DNA of 64,000 nucleotides from an uncultured Trueperaceae bacterium (GCA_963727505.1 CAVSGP010000009.1:160001-224000); one strand, 5' to 3'; shown: positions 46,578 through 56,073, counted from the stretch's first letter. Numbers and translations: made by a program. Notes: generated by a model not told the origin, from the letters alone.

Positions 46578-48983
46578 ATGACACGACGCCCCCCTCGCCA
46601 TCACGTCCGTCCGGCCGCCGGCGCCGGATCGGTTCGGCGCTGGGCCCGCCTCCTCGCGGTGCTCGTGCTGCTGGTCGCCCCCACCGTGGCCACCGCGCAG
46701 GGCGACGCGTCGGGGCGTCCGGTGTGGCTGCAGGACCTGGACCGTTACGTCGCGATCGTGCGCGCAGGGGTCGACGACACCGAGCCCGGGCGCCGGTCGC
46801 TCGATGATCTGAGCCTCGAGCTGGCGATGGAGGAGCCGGATGCCATCGTCGACTGGGTGCGGAGCCACGTCGCGTACCAACCGTACGCGGGGGTGCTGCG
46901 CGGGCCCGAGGGCACCATCGTCACCGGTGCCGGCAACGCCTGGGATCAGGCCCTGCTCCTCGCCACGCTCCTCAAGGACGCGGCGTTCGACGCCCGCATC
47001 GCCTACGCACGGTTGCCCGAGGGTGCCGCGGCGCGCCTGCTGGCCGCGGTCGCGGCACCGCCGAGCGCGGCGCCCGACGTCGCCGTCCCGCTGGGAGAGC
47101 TCGGCACGGTCTTGGGCTTCGATCCGGACCAGGCCGAGGCCTGGATCGCCGAAGCCGACAGGCAGCTCGGCGAGCTGCGGGACCGGAGCGATGCCATGGC
47201 GGATAGCCTGCTCGCGGCGCTGGAGGGCGCGGGCGTCGAGATCGGCGGCGACGCGTCGGAGCGGGCCGCGCTGCTCGCCGACGCCGAGGACTACGCGTGG
47301 GTCCAGGTGCGGCTTCCGGGCGGCGACTGGCGCGACGTGCACCCCGCGTTCCCGGAGGCGCCCTCGGATCTCTCGCTCGAGCCCGCCGGCGTCCTCGAGG
47401 ACGCCGTGCCCCCCGAACACCAACACCGCCTGCGTATCGAGCTGGTGCTCGAGCAGCGCCTGGGCGACCGCCTGGAGGAGAAACCCCTGATGCAACCGTG
47501 GGAGCGCCCCACGGCCAACCTCTTCGGTCTTCCGCTCACCATTGACATCTCCGCCGACGGCATGGACGACGCCGCCTACGCCGCCGGCGACGCCCAGGCC
47601 GTGCTGGACGCCACGCACTTCTTCGCCCCCAGTTTCAACGGGGCGTTGCCCCCAGGGGGCAAGGTCTTCGACCTCGCCGGGCGGGTCGTGCCGCCCGACG
47701 CCGCCGGGAACGTCGCCGCGGCGCTCTTCCAGACCGTCTCAAACGCAGCCAACAAGGCCGCGAGCGCCCTGGGCGACCTGGGCGGCAACGACGCCGAGGA
47801 CGACGCCGGCGCGATGGCGTTGGCCTCCGTGTTCGTGCGCTACACGCTCATCCTCCCGGGCGGCGAGGAGCGCAGCGTGCGGCGCGACCTGCTCGATCGG
47901 GTGGGCGCCGCCAACCGCGCCCGCGGGAGCAGCGCGTTCGGCAACGACATGAGCGAGATCGACATGCTCGAGGCGCTACAGGGAAGCACCACGCTCATGG
48001 CCATGACCGGCTCGTTCAGCGAGGCGTACAGCCTCCGGCGCGCCCTGGACGCCACCGTGGCTGTGCGTGACGAGCTTGCCCGCATCGACGAGGCGCTGCG
48101 CTCCGACTCGTTCCGGAGCTACCGCCCCACCACGGAGCTCGCCGACGCCACGCGCCCCATGGCGCACGTGCGGCTGTTCGACCTCTTCGATGCCGGGACC
48201 GCGCCCGAGGGCGCGGTGGTCTTCCGTCCCGCACCGACGCTGGTGGCGTTCGAGCAGCACTGGCCCCAGGGTCGCGACGTGGTCGACGTGATCGCCAACC
48301 CCACGAGGGCGCTGACCATGGGCGAAGACGGCCCGGCGCCGTTGCCGCGGGAGGTCCTGCGGCGCGGTGTGTGGGAGACCCGCACCGAGGGGCTCCCGCT
48401 GGCGGGCGACGGGATCGCCCGCCACGGCGCCTTCGACAGCGTCGCGGCGGCGCTCGACGATGGCGCGACGCTCGCGGTGGTGCGCGACGCAGCGCGCCTG
48501 CCGGGCGACTGGCCCGCGCGGAGCCGGGCCGCCGCGGCGCGCGATATCGAGGCGGGGTACGTGGTGCTCTTGCCGGAGGGTCCGCCGGCCGACGGTCGGG
48601 AGCCGGCTTGGTTCCGCGTCGACCCCGGGCGCGGCGTGGCCCTGGGGCTCGCCGGCGCGGGTCGGGGGCAGGAGGCCACCGAGTACCTGGTGACCGAGAC
48701 GCTCAGCTTCTTCAACGACTACGCGGGCATCGCCCTGATGGTCCGCGACCTCCACGCCTGCGACGCGAAGCCGAAGCTGAGCGAGAGGGTGTGCTGCCTG
48801 ATGGAGGTCTACGTCAACAACGTGATCGTGGGGATGCCCCTCGGGGCGGCCGTCGGCGGCGCCTTCGGCGTGGCCGGCAGCACCATGCTGACGGCCATGA
48901 GCGCGGCCAACGCGGTCCCGAACTTCGCGGCGAACATGGGCGTCTGCGAGGTCATCGACCCAACGAATCTCGATGACCTGTGA
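46578..48983 (+). CDS. Exported ~800-aa protein with a degenerate transglutaminase-like region and a Cys-rich hydrophobic C-terminus
   Basis: Signal peptide ending ATA-Q; 'WVRSHVAYQPYAGVLRGPEGT...GNAWDQALLLATLL', 'DYAWVQV'; RBS GGAGG. Confidence 0.75.
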   Translation: MTRRPPRHHVRPAAGAGSVRRWARLLAVLVLLVAPTVATAQGDASGRPVWLQDLDRYVAIVRAGVDDTEPGRRSLDDLSLELAMEEPDAIVDWVRSHVAYQPYAGVLRGPEGTIVTGAGNAWDQALLLATLLKDAAFDARIAYARLPEGAAARLLAAVAAPPSAAPDVAVPLGELGTVLGFDPDQAEAWIAEADRQLGELRDRSDAMADSLLAALEGAGVEIGGDASERAALLADAEDYAWVQVRLPGGDWRDVHPAFPEAPSDLSLEPAGVLEDAVPPEHQHRLRIELVLEQRLGDRLEEKPLMQPWERPTANLFGLPLTIDISADGMDDAAYAAGDAQAVLDATHFFAPSFNGALPPGGKVFDLAGRVVPPDAAGNVAAALFQTVSNAANKAASALGDLGGNDAEDDAGAMALASVFVRYTLILPGGEERSVRRDLLDRVGAANRARGSSAFGNDMSEIDMLEALQGSTTLMAMTGSFSEAYSLRRALDATVAVRDELARIDEALRSDSFRSYRPTTELADATRPMAHVRLFDLFDAGTAPEGAVVFRPAPTLVAFEQHWPQGRDVVDVIANPTRALTMGEDGPAPLPREVLRRGVWETRTEGLPLAGDGIARHGAFDSVAAALDDGATLAVVRDAARLPGDWPARSRAAAARDIEAGYVVLLPEGPPADGREPAWFRVDPGRGVALGLAGAGRGQEATEYLVTETLSFFNDYAGIALMVRDLHACDAKPKLSERVCCLMEVYVNNVIVGMPLGAAVGGAFGVAGSTMLTAMSAANAVPNFAANMGVCEVIDPTNLDDL

Positions 48984-48996
48984 GGGTAGGGGCGCC

Positions 48997-51900
48997 ATGA
49001 CCAAGGGCCTCCCGCAACACCAGACGGGTCGCCGATCCGGCACCCACGATGGCGGGGCCGGGCGCGCGCGGGAGACGTTCGGCTTCGCCCGCTGGTTGCT
49101 CGTGCTGATCGTCGGCGTGACGATGGGCGCGGCGTACGCCCAGGACTGCACGCTCGAGACCGAGCCCAACGACGTGCCGGCCGACGCCGACACGCTCGAG
49201 GGGCACGCCTGCCTGGTGGGCGAGATGGCGGGGCAGGACCAGGATGCCTACCTCTGGACCGTGACCGAGGAGGACGCCGCCACGCCCTGGGTCGTCGAGA
49301 CCGAGGGGATCGCGGGTCAGGTAACCAAGGTCGACCTGTTGCGCGTGGCCTTCGCCGACAACGGTCGCGACGTGACCGGCGTCGAGACCCTCGGCAGCTT
49401 CGGAACGAGTGACGGCAGCCTGCAGGCCGGCCCCCCGTTCCTGATCGCTCCCGGGCGCTACGTCCTGGGCGTCTCCAAGAGCGGGGGCGAGGGTCAGTAC
49501 GTCGTCCACCTGCGGCCGGGGGAGGAGCTGCGGCGCGGCCGCCGCCCGGGCCAGGGGGCCGGCCCGGCGGAGAACGCGTTCGCGCACTTTGGCGTGCTGG
49601 ACGGGGAGCTCGAGCTGGATTGGACGGTGGCGGCCGACGGCCCACCGAGCCGCTGGGACATCGAGCTGCGTACGGCCCTGGGCGAAGCGGCGACGCTGGT
49701 GCTGAGCGCGCCGGACGGCGCCACCGTGGCGGAGGCCTCTGCGGACGCGTTGGGCCGGGCAGCACTCCGGTCGCTGGGGCCCGGGGCCGGCGACTACCGC
49801 ATCGTCGTGCGCGGCGCCTCCGGCGGCGCGCCCTACACGCTGGCCGCCGTGCCGACGGGCGTGCTCACCGACGGCGACGAGGTGGAGCCCAACGACGACT
49901 GGAGCCAGGCCAACGTGCTGACCCTGGACCGTCCGATGCACGCCGCCGGCCCGGGCTCGGACACCTTCGTCCTCGACGTGCCGCCCGAGCGGCTCGGGCA
50001 GACCTTCGACCTGAACGTCGGCGGCCAGGCGAACCTCGATGTCCGCCTGTTCGACGCCGATCGGCGCCCCCTGCAGGAGCGCCGCGGGACCTCGGGCGCG
50101 TTGCGCGGCCTGGTGCTGGATCAGGGGCGCTACTTCGTCACGGTGCGGGCACCGGACGACGGGGGTTACACCCTCTCCTTCGCGGGCGCGGCCCCCCCCG
50201 AGGAGGGCAGCGAGAGCGAACCCAACGACGCGCTCGTGGCGGCCGATCCGCTCTCGGACGCGCGGACCGTGCGCGGCGAGTTGCAGCCCCAGGACAAGGA
50301 TGTCTACCGCTTCACCGTCGGCGCACCCACGCAGCTCTGGCGCATCCAGGCGGTGGGTCCGGGCGTGCGCACGCTCGCCACCTACGACGCCGGGGGCGCG
50401 CGCCAGGCGTCGCAGCGCGGTGAAGGGCGCATCCGACTGGACAACCTGGTGCTGCTGCCGGGGGAGCACTACATCGAGGTCACCGGCGACGAGGGGCGCT
50501 ACGCGCTGCGCGCGCTGCCGATCGGGCCCGTGCCGGAGGCCGATCGGGCCGCGGCTGCGCCGCCGCTCGACGACGAGCCAGCGCTCGAGCCGGCGGCCGC
50601 GGCGCCGCCATCCGAGCCCGAGGCCATCGAGCCCGCGGGTCCGCCACCGCCCCCCGGGCTGTCCGAGCTCGAGCCCAACGACGATGAGAGCCGCGCCGAG
50701 CTCTTGGAGTCCTCGGTCGTGCGCGTCGGAGCGCTCCCCGGCCAGGACGACGTCGACATGTACCGCTTCTACCTGGCCAGCGACCAGTACCTGCGTATCG
50801 AGGCGGTACCGCCCGCCGACGGCAGCGTCTTCTTCGACGTGCCTGAGGTGGGCATCCGGGCGCAGCCCGGCGCGCTCGGCGAGAGCGCCGTGCTCGAACG
50901 CCGTTTTCTCGCGGGCAACTACTTCCTGCGTCTGCGCCCGGACATCGCGTCGGACGGGTACTACCAGCTGCGCATGACGCAGCTCGACCCCCTGGCGCTG
51001 CCCGCGGACGCCGAGCCCAACGACGACGTCGCCACGGCCAACCGCCTGCCCGCGGACCTGGTCGTTCCCGGTCGCGTAGGCGAGATCAACGGCGACGACT
51101 TCTACACCCTCCCCACCTTTGCCACCGCCACGACGCTGCATGTCGAGCTCGAGAACGACGATGCGGGGGTGCGGCTCGCGCTGCTGGGCGAGGGTGCGCC
51201 GCGTCTCGACGGGGGCGAGCCGGGCGCCTTCGATGCCGAGCTTCCGGCGGACACCCCGCTGGCGCTGCGCGTGTCGGGGCGCGGTCGCTACCGCATGACA
51301 CTCGCGTTCGGGGCTGAGGTCGACCCCTCCCAGCTCCGGCCGCCGGAAGGCGACACCCGCACCAGTGCCAGCTTCGCGCAGCCCGACTCCCGCGTGGCCG
51401 CGTACTGGCACGAGGGCCAGGTGTGGACCGGCGAGCTCACCCTGGAGAACGGGGCGGACCGCGCGCAGAGCTACGCGCTCCAGGCCGCGTCCAGCAATGT
51501 GGACTTCATCCCCGAGGTGCCGGCCACGTTCGATCTCGGCCCCGGCGAGCGCGGCAGCGTACCGGTGACGGTGCGCATCGCGCCCGACGCCCGCGACGAC
51601 CAGCCGGTACGCATCACCGTGGGCGCGCGAAGTGAGATCGGCTTGGTGACGGCCGCGGCACGGATCGCTCCCGCCTGCGAGGCGCCGCCGGTGGCGCCTC
51701 GCCCGTCGTGGGCGCTGCCGGAGCCGCTGCTCGGACGCCTGGACGTGGCCTGGACGGGGTTGGGTGCGTCCGTGGTGGACGACTCCGGCCGCGACGCCGA
51801 GCTCTTCGACGGGCGCACCTCCCCGGCGACCGGCGTGCACCACGCCGTGGGGGAGTCCGTGACGATCGACCTCGCGGGGGACGAGCCGATCCTCCTGGCA

Positions 51901-54363
51901 GGTACCACCCTTCACCCCCAGGCGGGCTCGGCCGTCCGGCGCCAGCTCCGCGACTTCCGGGTCCTCGTCTCACTCGACGGCTCGAGCTTCACGCCCGTTC
52001 TCGAGGGGCGTCTGTCCGCCGCCCGCGTCGAGCAGGCGTTCGTGTTCGAGGAGCCGGTGCCGGCGCGTTACGCGCGCCTCGAGTACGGTGCCGACCAGGG
52101 TGGCCGCACCGATGGTTCCCTGGGGGAGTGGAAGCTCATCGCGGCCGAGGACGCGCCGCTGCCGGCCGCCAACCTCGCCGATCCCGCCCTTGGCGGCCAC
52201 GTGGTGTGGTCGGACCCGTTGGTGCCGCAGGCGCGCGGCCACGCCAGCCTTCTCGACGAGGAGGCCAACCGCCCCAGCGTCGACGGGCGCGGCGTCGACG
52301 CGGCCGTGTGGGTGGTGGGCTTCCAGCACGACCGCGCCGGCCAGGTCGCGCGCCTCGAGTGGGCGGAGTCGCCCGACAGCCGGCCCGAAGGACAGTTCCA
52401 GGACGTGGTGGTGGAGGCAAGCCTCACCTCCCCGGTGGGCCCGTGGCGCCCGCTCGCCTCCTGGGAGTTGCAGCGGGATGCTGCGGGAGTCGCCGTCCTG
52501 AGCCTCGACGAGCCCATCTGGGCCCGGTACCTGCGGTTCACCGCCCGCGGCCAGCAGGAGGGTGCGCGCACGCTCTTCCCGCCCGACACGCTGCGGGTGA
52601 TCGAGCGCGCGGCGGGGGACGGCTACCGCTCCATCCTCGGCGAGTGGGGGCAGTACCGGCGGGAGGCGGCCTACGAGTGGACGCGCGACCGCGCCCCCGC
52701 CGCCGCCGTGACCGAGGCCGATGACAACGACACGCGGGAGGCGGCCCAACCCCTCGCCACGGGCGAGGTCGCGGAGGGCACGGTGGCGGTCGCCGAGGAC
52801 GTGGACTGGTACCGCGTGACGGTGCCAGACGGGCAGAACCACCTTGAGCTGCGGCTCGAAGGCGACCCCACCATCGCCTACATCTACGACCTGACCGACG
52901 CGGACGGTGCACCGGTGCCGTACGAGGAGTCGGCGGACGGCGACGCCGTGGTGCTACGCGCCTTCGTCGAGCCGGGCACGTACGACCTCCGGCTGTCCGA
53001 ACCCAAGCGCTCGGTGATCTTCGCCTGGGACACGAGCGGAAGCGTGGGGCCGTACACGCCCATCACCTACGCCTCGCTGGCGCGCTTCGCCCGCGACCTG
53101 GACCCGGAGCGGGAGTACGTGCAGCTCCTGGCCTTCAACGACCCGGCGCCGATCTGGTTGCTGCCCTACTGGAGCGCCGATCCCACCCGCGCGCAGCAGG
53201 CGATCAACGACTTCGATCGCGACGCCGATTCGAGCAACTCCGAGCTCGCCCTCCTCACCGCCAGCCGGGCGCTGTCCCAGCGCGAGGGCACGCGCGCCGT
53301 GCTGTTCATGACCGATGCGGAGTCCCCGGGCTACGCGCTGACGCCCGCGCTGTGGCGCAGCCTGGAGCAGACGCGGCCGCGCGTATTCACCTTCGAGATC
53401 AGCACCTCCGGCTCGGACTACTCGCAGGACCTGATGCAGTCCTGGGCCGACGTGAACCACGGCTTCTACGACTACGCCCGCAACGTGGGCGATTTCGACG
53501 TCGGCTTCGCGCGGGCGAGCTGCCTGCTCCGGCGCCCCAAGCGCTACCGCGTCGAGGTCACCACCAGTGCCGAGACGCCGCCCGGGCCCGGGAAGATCCG
53601 CGTGGTCGCGGGAGCGGGCGCGACGCTGCCGGCCGTAGAGGTCATCCTCGACGCCTCGGGCTCGATGGGGAAGAAGCTCCCCGACGGCACCTCGCGGATC
53701 GACGCGGCGCGCGGTGTGCTGAGAGACTTCGTGTCGGAGGTGGTGCCCGAGGGCACGCCCTTCGCGCTGCGGGCCTTCGGGCACATCAAGCCGTCGTCGT
53801 GCGAGACCCGGCTGGAGATGCCGCTCGCGCCCCTCGACGCCGGGGCCGCCTCCGACGTGATCGATGCCATCGAACCCAAGCTGCTATCGCAAACGCCGCT
53901 GGCGGACTCCATCGCCGCCGTGGCCGAGGACCTCGAGGGCGCGCCAGCGGGCGGCACGCTGCTGCTGCTCACCGACGGCGAGGAGTCCTGCGGGGGCGAC
54001 CCTGCGGCGGCGCTGGTCGCGCTTCGAGACGCGGGCGTCGACGTTCGGCTCGCCATCGTGTCCCTGGGTCTGGAGGAGGATGCCGCGAGGGGCCGCTTCG
54101 GCGCCCTCGCCGAGGCGGCCGGGGGCAGCTACGTCGACGTCACCGGTGTGGATGCGCTGCGCGCATCCGTGACGGAGGCGGCGCACCCGGCCTTCGACGT
54201 CCTCTCGGCCGACGGGGCGGTCGTCGCGTCGGGCCGCGTCGGGGGGGACGCCGTCGAGGTGCCGGCGGGCGTCTACCGTGTGGTGGTCGGCGGCGCGCCC
54301 GCGTTCGAGGACGTGCGCGTCGGGGGGGACGCGTCCGTCGAGCTCGAGCTCGCCGCCCGTTGA
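48997..54363 (+). CDS. Giant exported protein: EPND/PPC-like repeats, discoidin-like region, two VWA domains
   Basis: Signal peptide ending AYA-Q; five EPND motifs plus one EADDND; MIDAS motifs 'DTSGS...TD' and 'DASGS...TDGEESCGGDP'. Confidence 0.85.
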   Translation: MTKGLPQHQTGRRSGTHDGGAGRARETFGFARWLLVLIVGVTMGAAYAQDCTLETEPNDVPADADTLEGHACLVGEMAGQDQDAYLWTVTEEDAATPWVVETEGIAGQVTKVDLLRVAFADNGRDVTGVETLGSFGTSDGSLQAGPPFLIAPGRYVLGVSKSGGEGQYVVHLRPGEELRRGRRPGQGAGPAENAFAHFGVLDGELELDWTVAADGPPSRWDIELRTALGEAATLVLSAPDGATVAEASADALGRAALRSLGPGAGDYRIVVRGASGGAPYTLAAVPTGVLTDGDEVEPNDDWSQANVLTLDRPMHAAGPGSDTFVLDVPPERLGQTFDLNVGGQANLDVRLFDADRRPLQERRGTSGALRGLVLDQGRYFVTVRAPDDGGYTLSFAGAAPPEEGSESEPNDALVAADPLSDARTVRGELQPQDKDVYRFTVGAPTQLWRIQAVGPGVRTLATYDAGGARQASQRGEGRIRLDNLVLLPGEHYIEVTGDEGRYALRALPIGPVPEADRAAAAPPLDDEPALEPAAAAPPSEPEAIEPAGPPPPPGLSELEPNDDESRAELLESSVVRVGALPGQDDVDMYRFYLASDQYLRIEAVPPADGSVFFDVPEVGIRAQPGALGESAVLERRFLAGNYFLRLRPDIASDGYYQLRMTQLDPLALPADAEPNDDVATANRLPADLVVPGRVGEINGDDFYTLPTFATATTLHVELENDDAGVRLALLGEGAPRLDGGEPGAFDAELPADTPLALRVSGRGRYRMTLAFGAEVDPSQLRPPEGDTRTSASFAQPDSRVAAYWHEGQVWTGELTLENGADRAQSYALQAASSNVDFIPEVPATFDLGPGERGSVPVTVRIAPDARDDQPVRITVGARSEIGLVTAAARIAPACEAPPVAPRPSWALPEPLLGRLDVAWTGLGASVVDDSGRDAELFDGRTSPATGVHHAVGESVTIDLAGDEPILLAGTTLHPQAGSAVRRQLRDFRVLVSLDGSSFTPVLEGRLSAARVEQAFVFEEPVPARYARLEYGADQGGRTDGSLGEWKLIAAEDAPLPAANLADPALGGHVVWSDPLVPQARGHASLLDEEANRPSVDGRGVDAAVWVVGFQHDRAGQVARLEWAESPDSRPEGQFQDVVVEASLTSPVGPWRPLASWELQRDAAGVAVLSLDEPIWARYLRFTARGQQEGARTLFPPDTLRVIERAAGDGYRSILGEWGQYRREAAYEWTRDRAPAAAVTEADDNDTREAAQPLATGEVAEGTVAVAEDVDWYRVTVPDGQNHLELRLEGDPTIAYIYDLTDADGAPVPYEESADGDAVVLRAFVEPGTYDLRLSEPKRSVIFAWDTSGSVGPYTPITYASLARFARDLDPEREYVQLLAFNDPAPIWLLPYWSADPTRAQQAINDFDRDADSSNSELALLTASRALSQREGTRAVLFMTDAESPGYALTPALWRSLEQTRPRVFTFEISTSGSDYSQDLMQSWADVNHGFYDYARNVGDFDVGFARASCLLRRPKRYRVEVTTSAETPPGPGKIRVVAGAGATLPAVEVILDASGSMGKKLPDGTSRIDAARGVLRDFVSEVVPEGTPFALRAFGHIKPSSCETRLEMPLAPLDAGAASDVIDAIEPKLLSQTPLADSIAAVAEDLEGAPAGGTLLLLTDGEESCGGDPAAALVALRDAGVDVRLAIVSLGLEEDAARGRFGALAEAAGGSYVDVTGVDALRASVTEAAHPAFDVLSADGAVVASGRVGGDAVEVPAGVYRVVVGGAPAFEDVRVGGDASVELELAAR

Positions 54364-54366
54364 CAG

Positions 54367-54398
54367 CCCCGCGGGCCGGCCACGGCCGGCCCGCGGGG
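54367..54398. terminator. GC-rich hairpin between convergent genes
   Basis: CCCCGCGGGCCGGCC-ac-GGCCGGCCCGCGGGG; no U-tract. Confidence 0.55.
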
Positions 54399-54426
54399 GG
54401 CGTTCGGACTCGTACGCGTTTCGGGG

Positions 54427-55101
54427 CTAGAACTCCGTGCGGATGGCCCCCACCACCTGATCCACGGCCGCGTTGGAGGCCTCGGCCAGCAGCGGGCCTA
54501 CCTCCGGATCGTCGTAGGCGATGCGGCCGGTGGGGATGCGGTTCACCGCTACGTTGGGGTTGGAGGCGTCGCCGGCGCCGGTCATCGACACCACCACCTC
54601 GCCGGTGATGATGTCCGTGGCGCGCACGTCCACCTCGACCTGGGCCGTGGTGGAGCCCAGCGTCACGCCCAGAAGGCTGACCGTGGGCTTCGCGATGGTG
54701 GCGCGCGTGACCACCCCGGTCACCACGTAGCCGGCGCCGGCGGCCTCCGCAAGCGCCACGGGGTCGAGGGACTCTAGCCCCTGTTGCGCGATCAGATCCT
54801 GCAGCTCGCTGCGCTCGACGATGGTGTAGCAGCCCGAGGCCTTCATGCGGGTGATGAGCCGCGCCGTCGCGGCCGACTCCACCCCGGTCACCGTGGTGCC
54901 GTACTGGGAGGTGGTGTTGTCGAACTCGAAGATCGCCACCACGGGGATCTCGCTGCTGGCGCAGGCCTCCGGACCGGCGTCCTCGACGGCTGCGGCGTCC
55001 TCAGCCTCCGTGGACGGCGCCTCCGTGGCGGTGGGCGCGCAGGCGGCGAGGAGCACGACCAACAGGGGTATCACGGTCAGTGCTATACGGCGTGGCATCA
55101 T
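54427..55101 (-). CDS. CsgG/HfaB-family lipoprotein
   Basis: Lipobox LAAC; 'VAIFEFDN', 'TIVERSELQDLIAQQ', 'AGYVVTGVVT', 'VDVRATDIITGEVV'; RBS AAGGAG. Confidence 0.75.
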   Translation of the reverse strand: MMPRRIALTVIPLLVVLLAACAPTATEAPSTEAEDAAAVEDAGPEACASSEIPVVAIFEFDNTTSQYGTTVTGVESAATARLITRMKASGCYTIVERSELQDLIAQQGLESLDPVALAEAAGAGYVVTGVVTRATIAKPTVSLLGVTLGSTTAQVEVDVRATDIITGEVVVSMTGAGDASNPNVAVNRIPTGRIAYDDPEVGPLLAEASNAAVDQVVGAIRTEF

Positions 55102-55122
55102 GGCTCTCCTTTCGGCGACCGT

Positions 55123-55154
55123 AGCCTACATGTGGGTCGTCAACGCCCCGTCAA
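55123..55154 (-). promoter_or_regulatory. SARP-type direct-repeat promoter 3 (CsgG-like gene)
   Basis: Minus strand TTGACGG-GGCG-TTGACGA-N8-TAGGCT. Confidence 0.75.
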
Positions 55155-55219
55155 AGTGCCCGGGAACGCGGCCGTCAGCGGACGGACAGCGGCCTGCGGG
55201 CCAGCACCCCCACGTTGCC

Positions 55220-56032
55220 GCGCGCTCTGGTAGCGGATCTCGTACGCCCCGGGATCCGTGGGTACGTCGATGGTGAGCGGCCACCCCGCCGAGGTGTAGG
55301 TGTACGTTCCGGACGCCCCCTCGGACGCCTCGCCCGGCACGATGATCACGTAGTCTTTCGGGCCGTTCGGGCCGGTCCAGACGACGTGGAAGACGCTGCC
55401 GACGAAGACGGCGTCGTCGATGACCTTCAGCGTGGCCGGGTTGGGGGTGACGGTCAGGGTGCGGCGGGCCGCGACGGTGCCGGCGCTCAGGTAGCGCAGT
55501 TCGAGCGTGCCGGCGTCCAGTGGGGCGACGGCGCCGAGATGCTCGACGCCCTCCACGTAGCCGATGAAATGCCCTCGGGCGTGGTCCAGGACACCGGGTT
55601 GCGCCGTGACGACGACGTCGCCGGCCACGGGCTCACCCTTCCACGTCACCGCGTACTCGGCGTTGACGAAGGTCGCCGGGCCGGAGAGGTGTTGGCCGCT
55701 TTGGGGGCGAGATCGAACCCGATGACGCGCAGCTCGACGGCGGGCTGCATCGCCCCGAGTTTCGCCAGCGCGGCCGTCAGGTCGCCACCGCAGGACTCCT
55801 CCCCGTCGGTGACGAGGACGATCATGCGCTGTCCCGACCCGGCGCTGAAGTCGCCGACCGCGGCCAGCAGAGAGCCGACGATCGGCGTCGCTCCCCTGGC
55901 CTTGACGGTGCCTACGCTGGTCTGCAGGCTTGCCTCGTCCACACCCGAAAGCGGCACGAAGAGCTTCGTCTCGTCGCACGCGCCGGGTGCCAGGGTGTCC
56001 ACGGTGGAGCCGTAGATTCTCAGGCCGACGTC
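55220..56032 (-). pseudogene. 5'-truncated, frameshifted VWA + Ig-like domain gene
   Basis: 'DVGLRIYG...C...GATPI...IVLVTDGEESCGGD' in one frame and 'WTGPNGPKDYV...PGAYEIRY' in another; shift near 55685. Confidence 0.75.
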
Positions 56033-56073
56033 CGTCGCTCTAGCGCGCCGGCACCCTGGGGTAGCATGACGGC

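Larger units (their letters stand above)
41527..56032. mobile_element. Accessory island bracketed by the two tdk copies (no integrase or transposase seen)
   Basis: tdk and its promoter recur at both ends; the block holds non-core surface genes and a gene truncated at the right edge. Confidence 0.5.

Noticed and set aside
41527..56032. Prophage, ICE or transposon identity for the island
   Set aside because: No integrase, transposase, phage or conjugation genes, and no terminal inverted repeats seen
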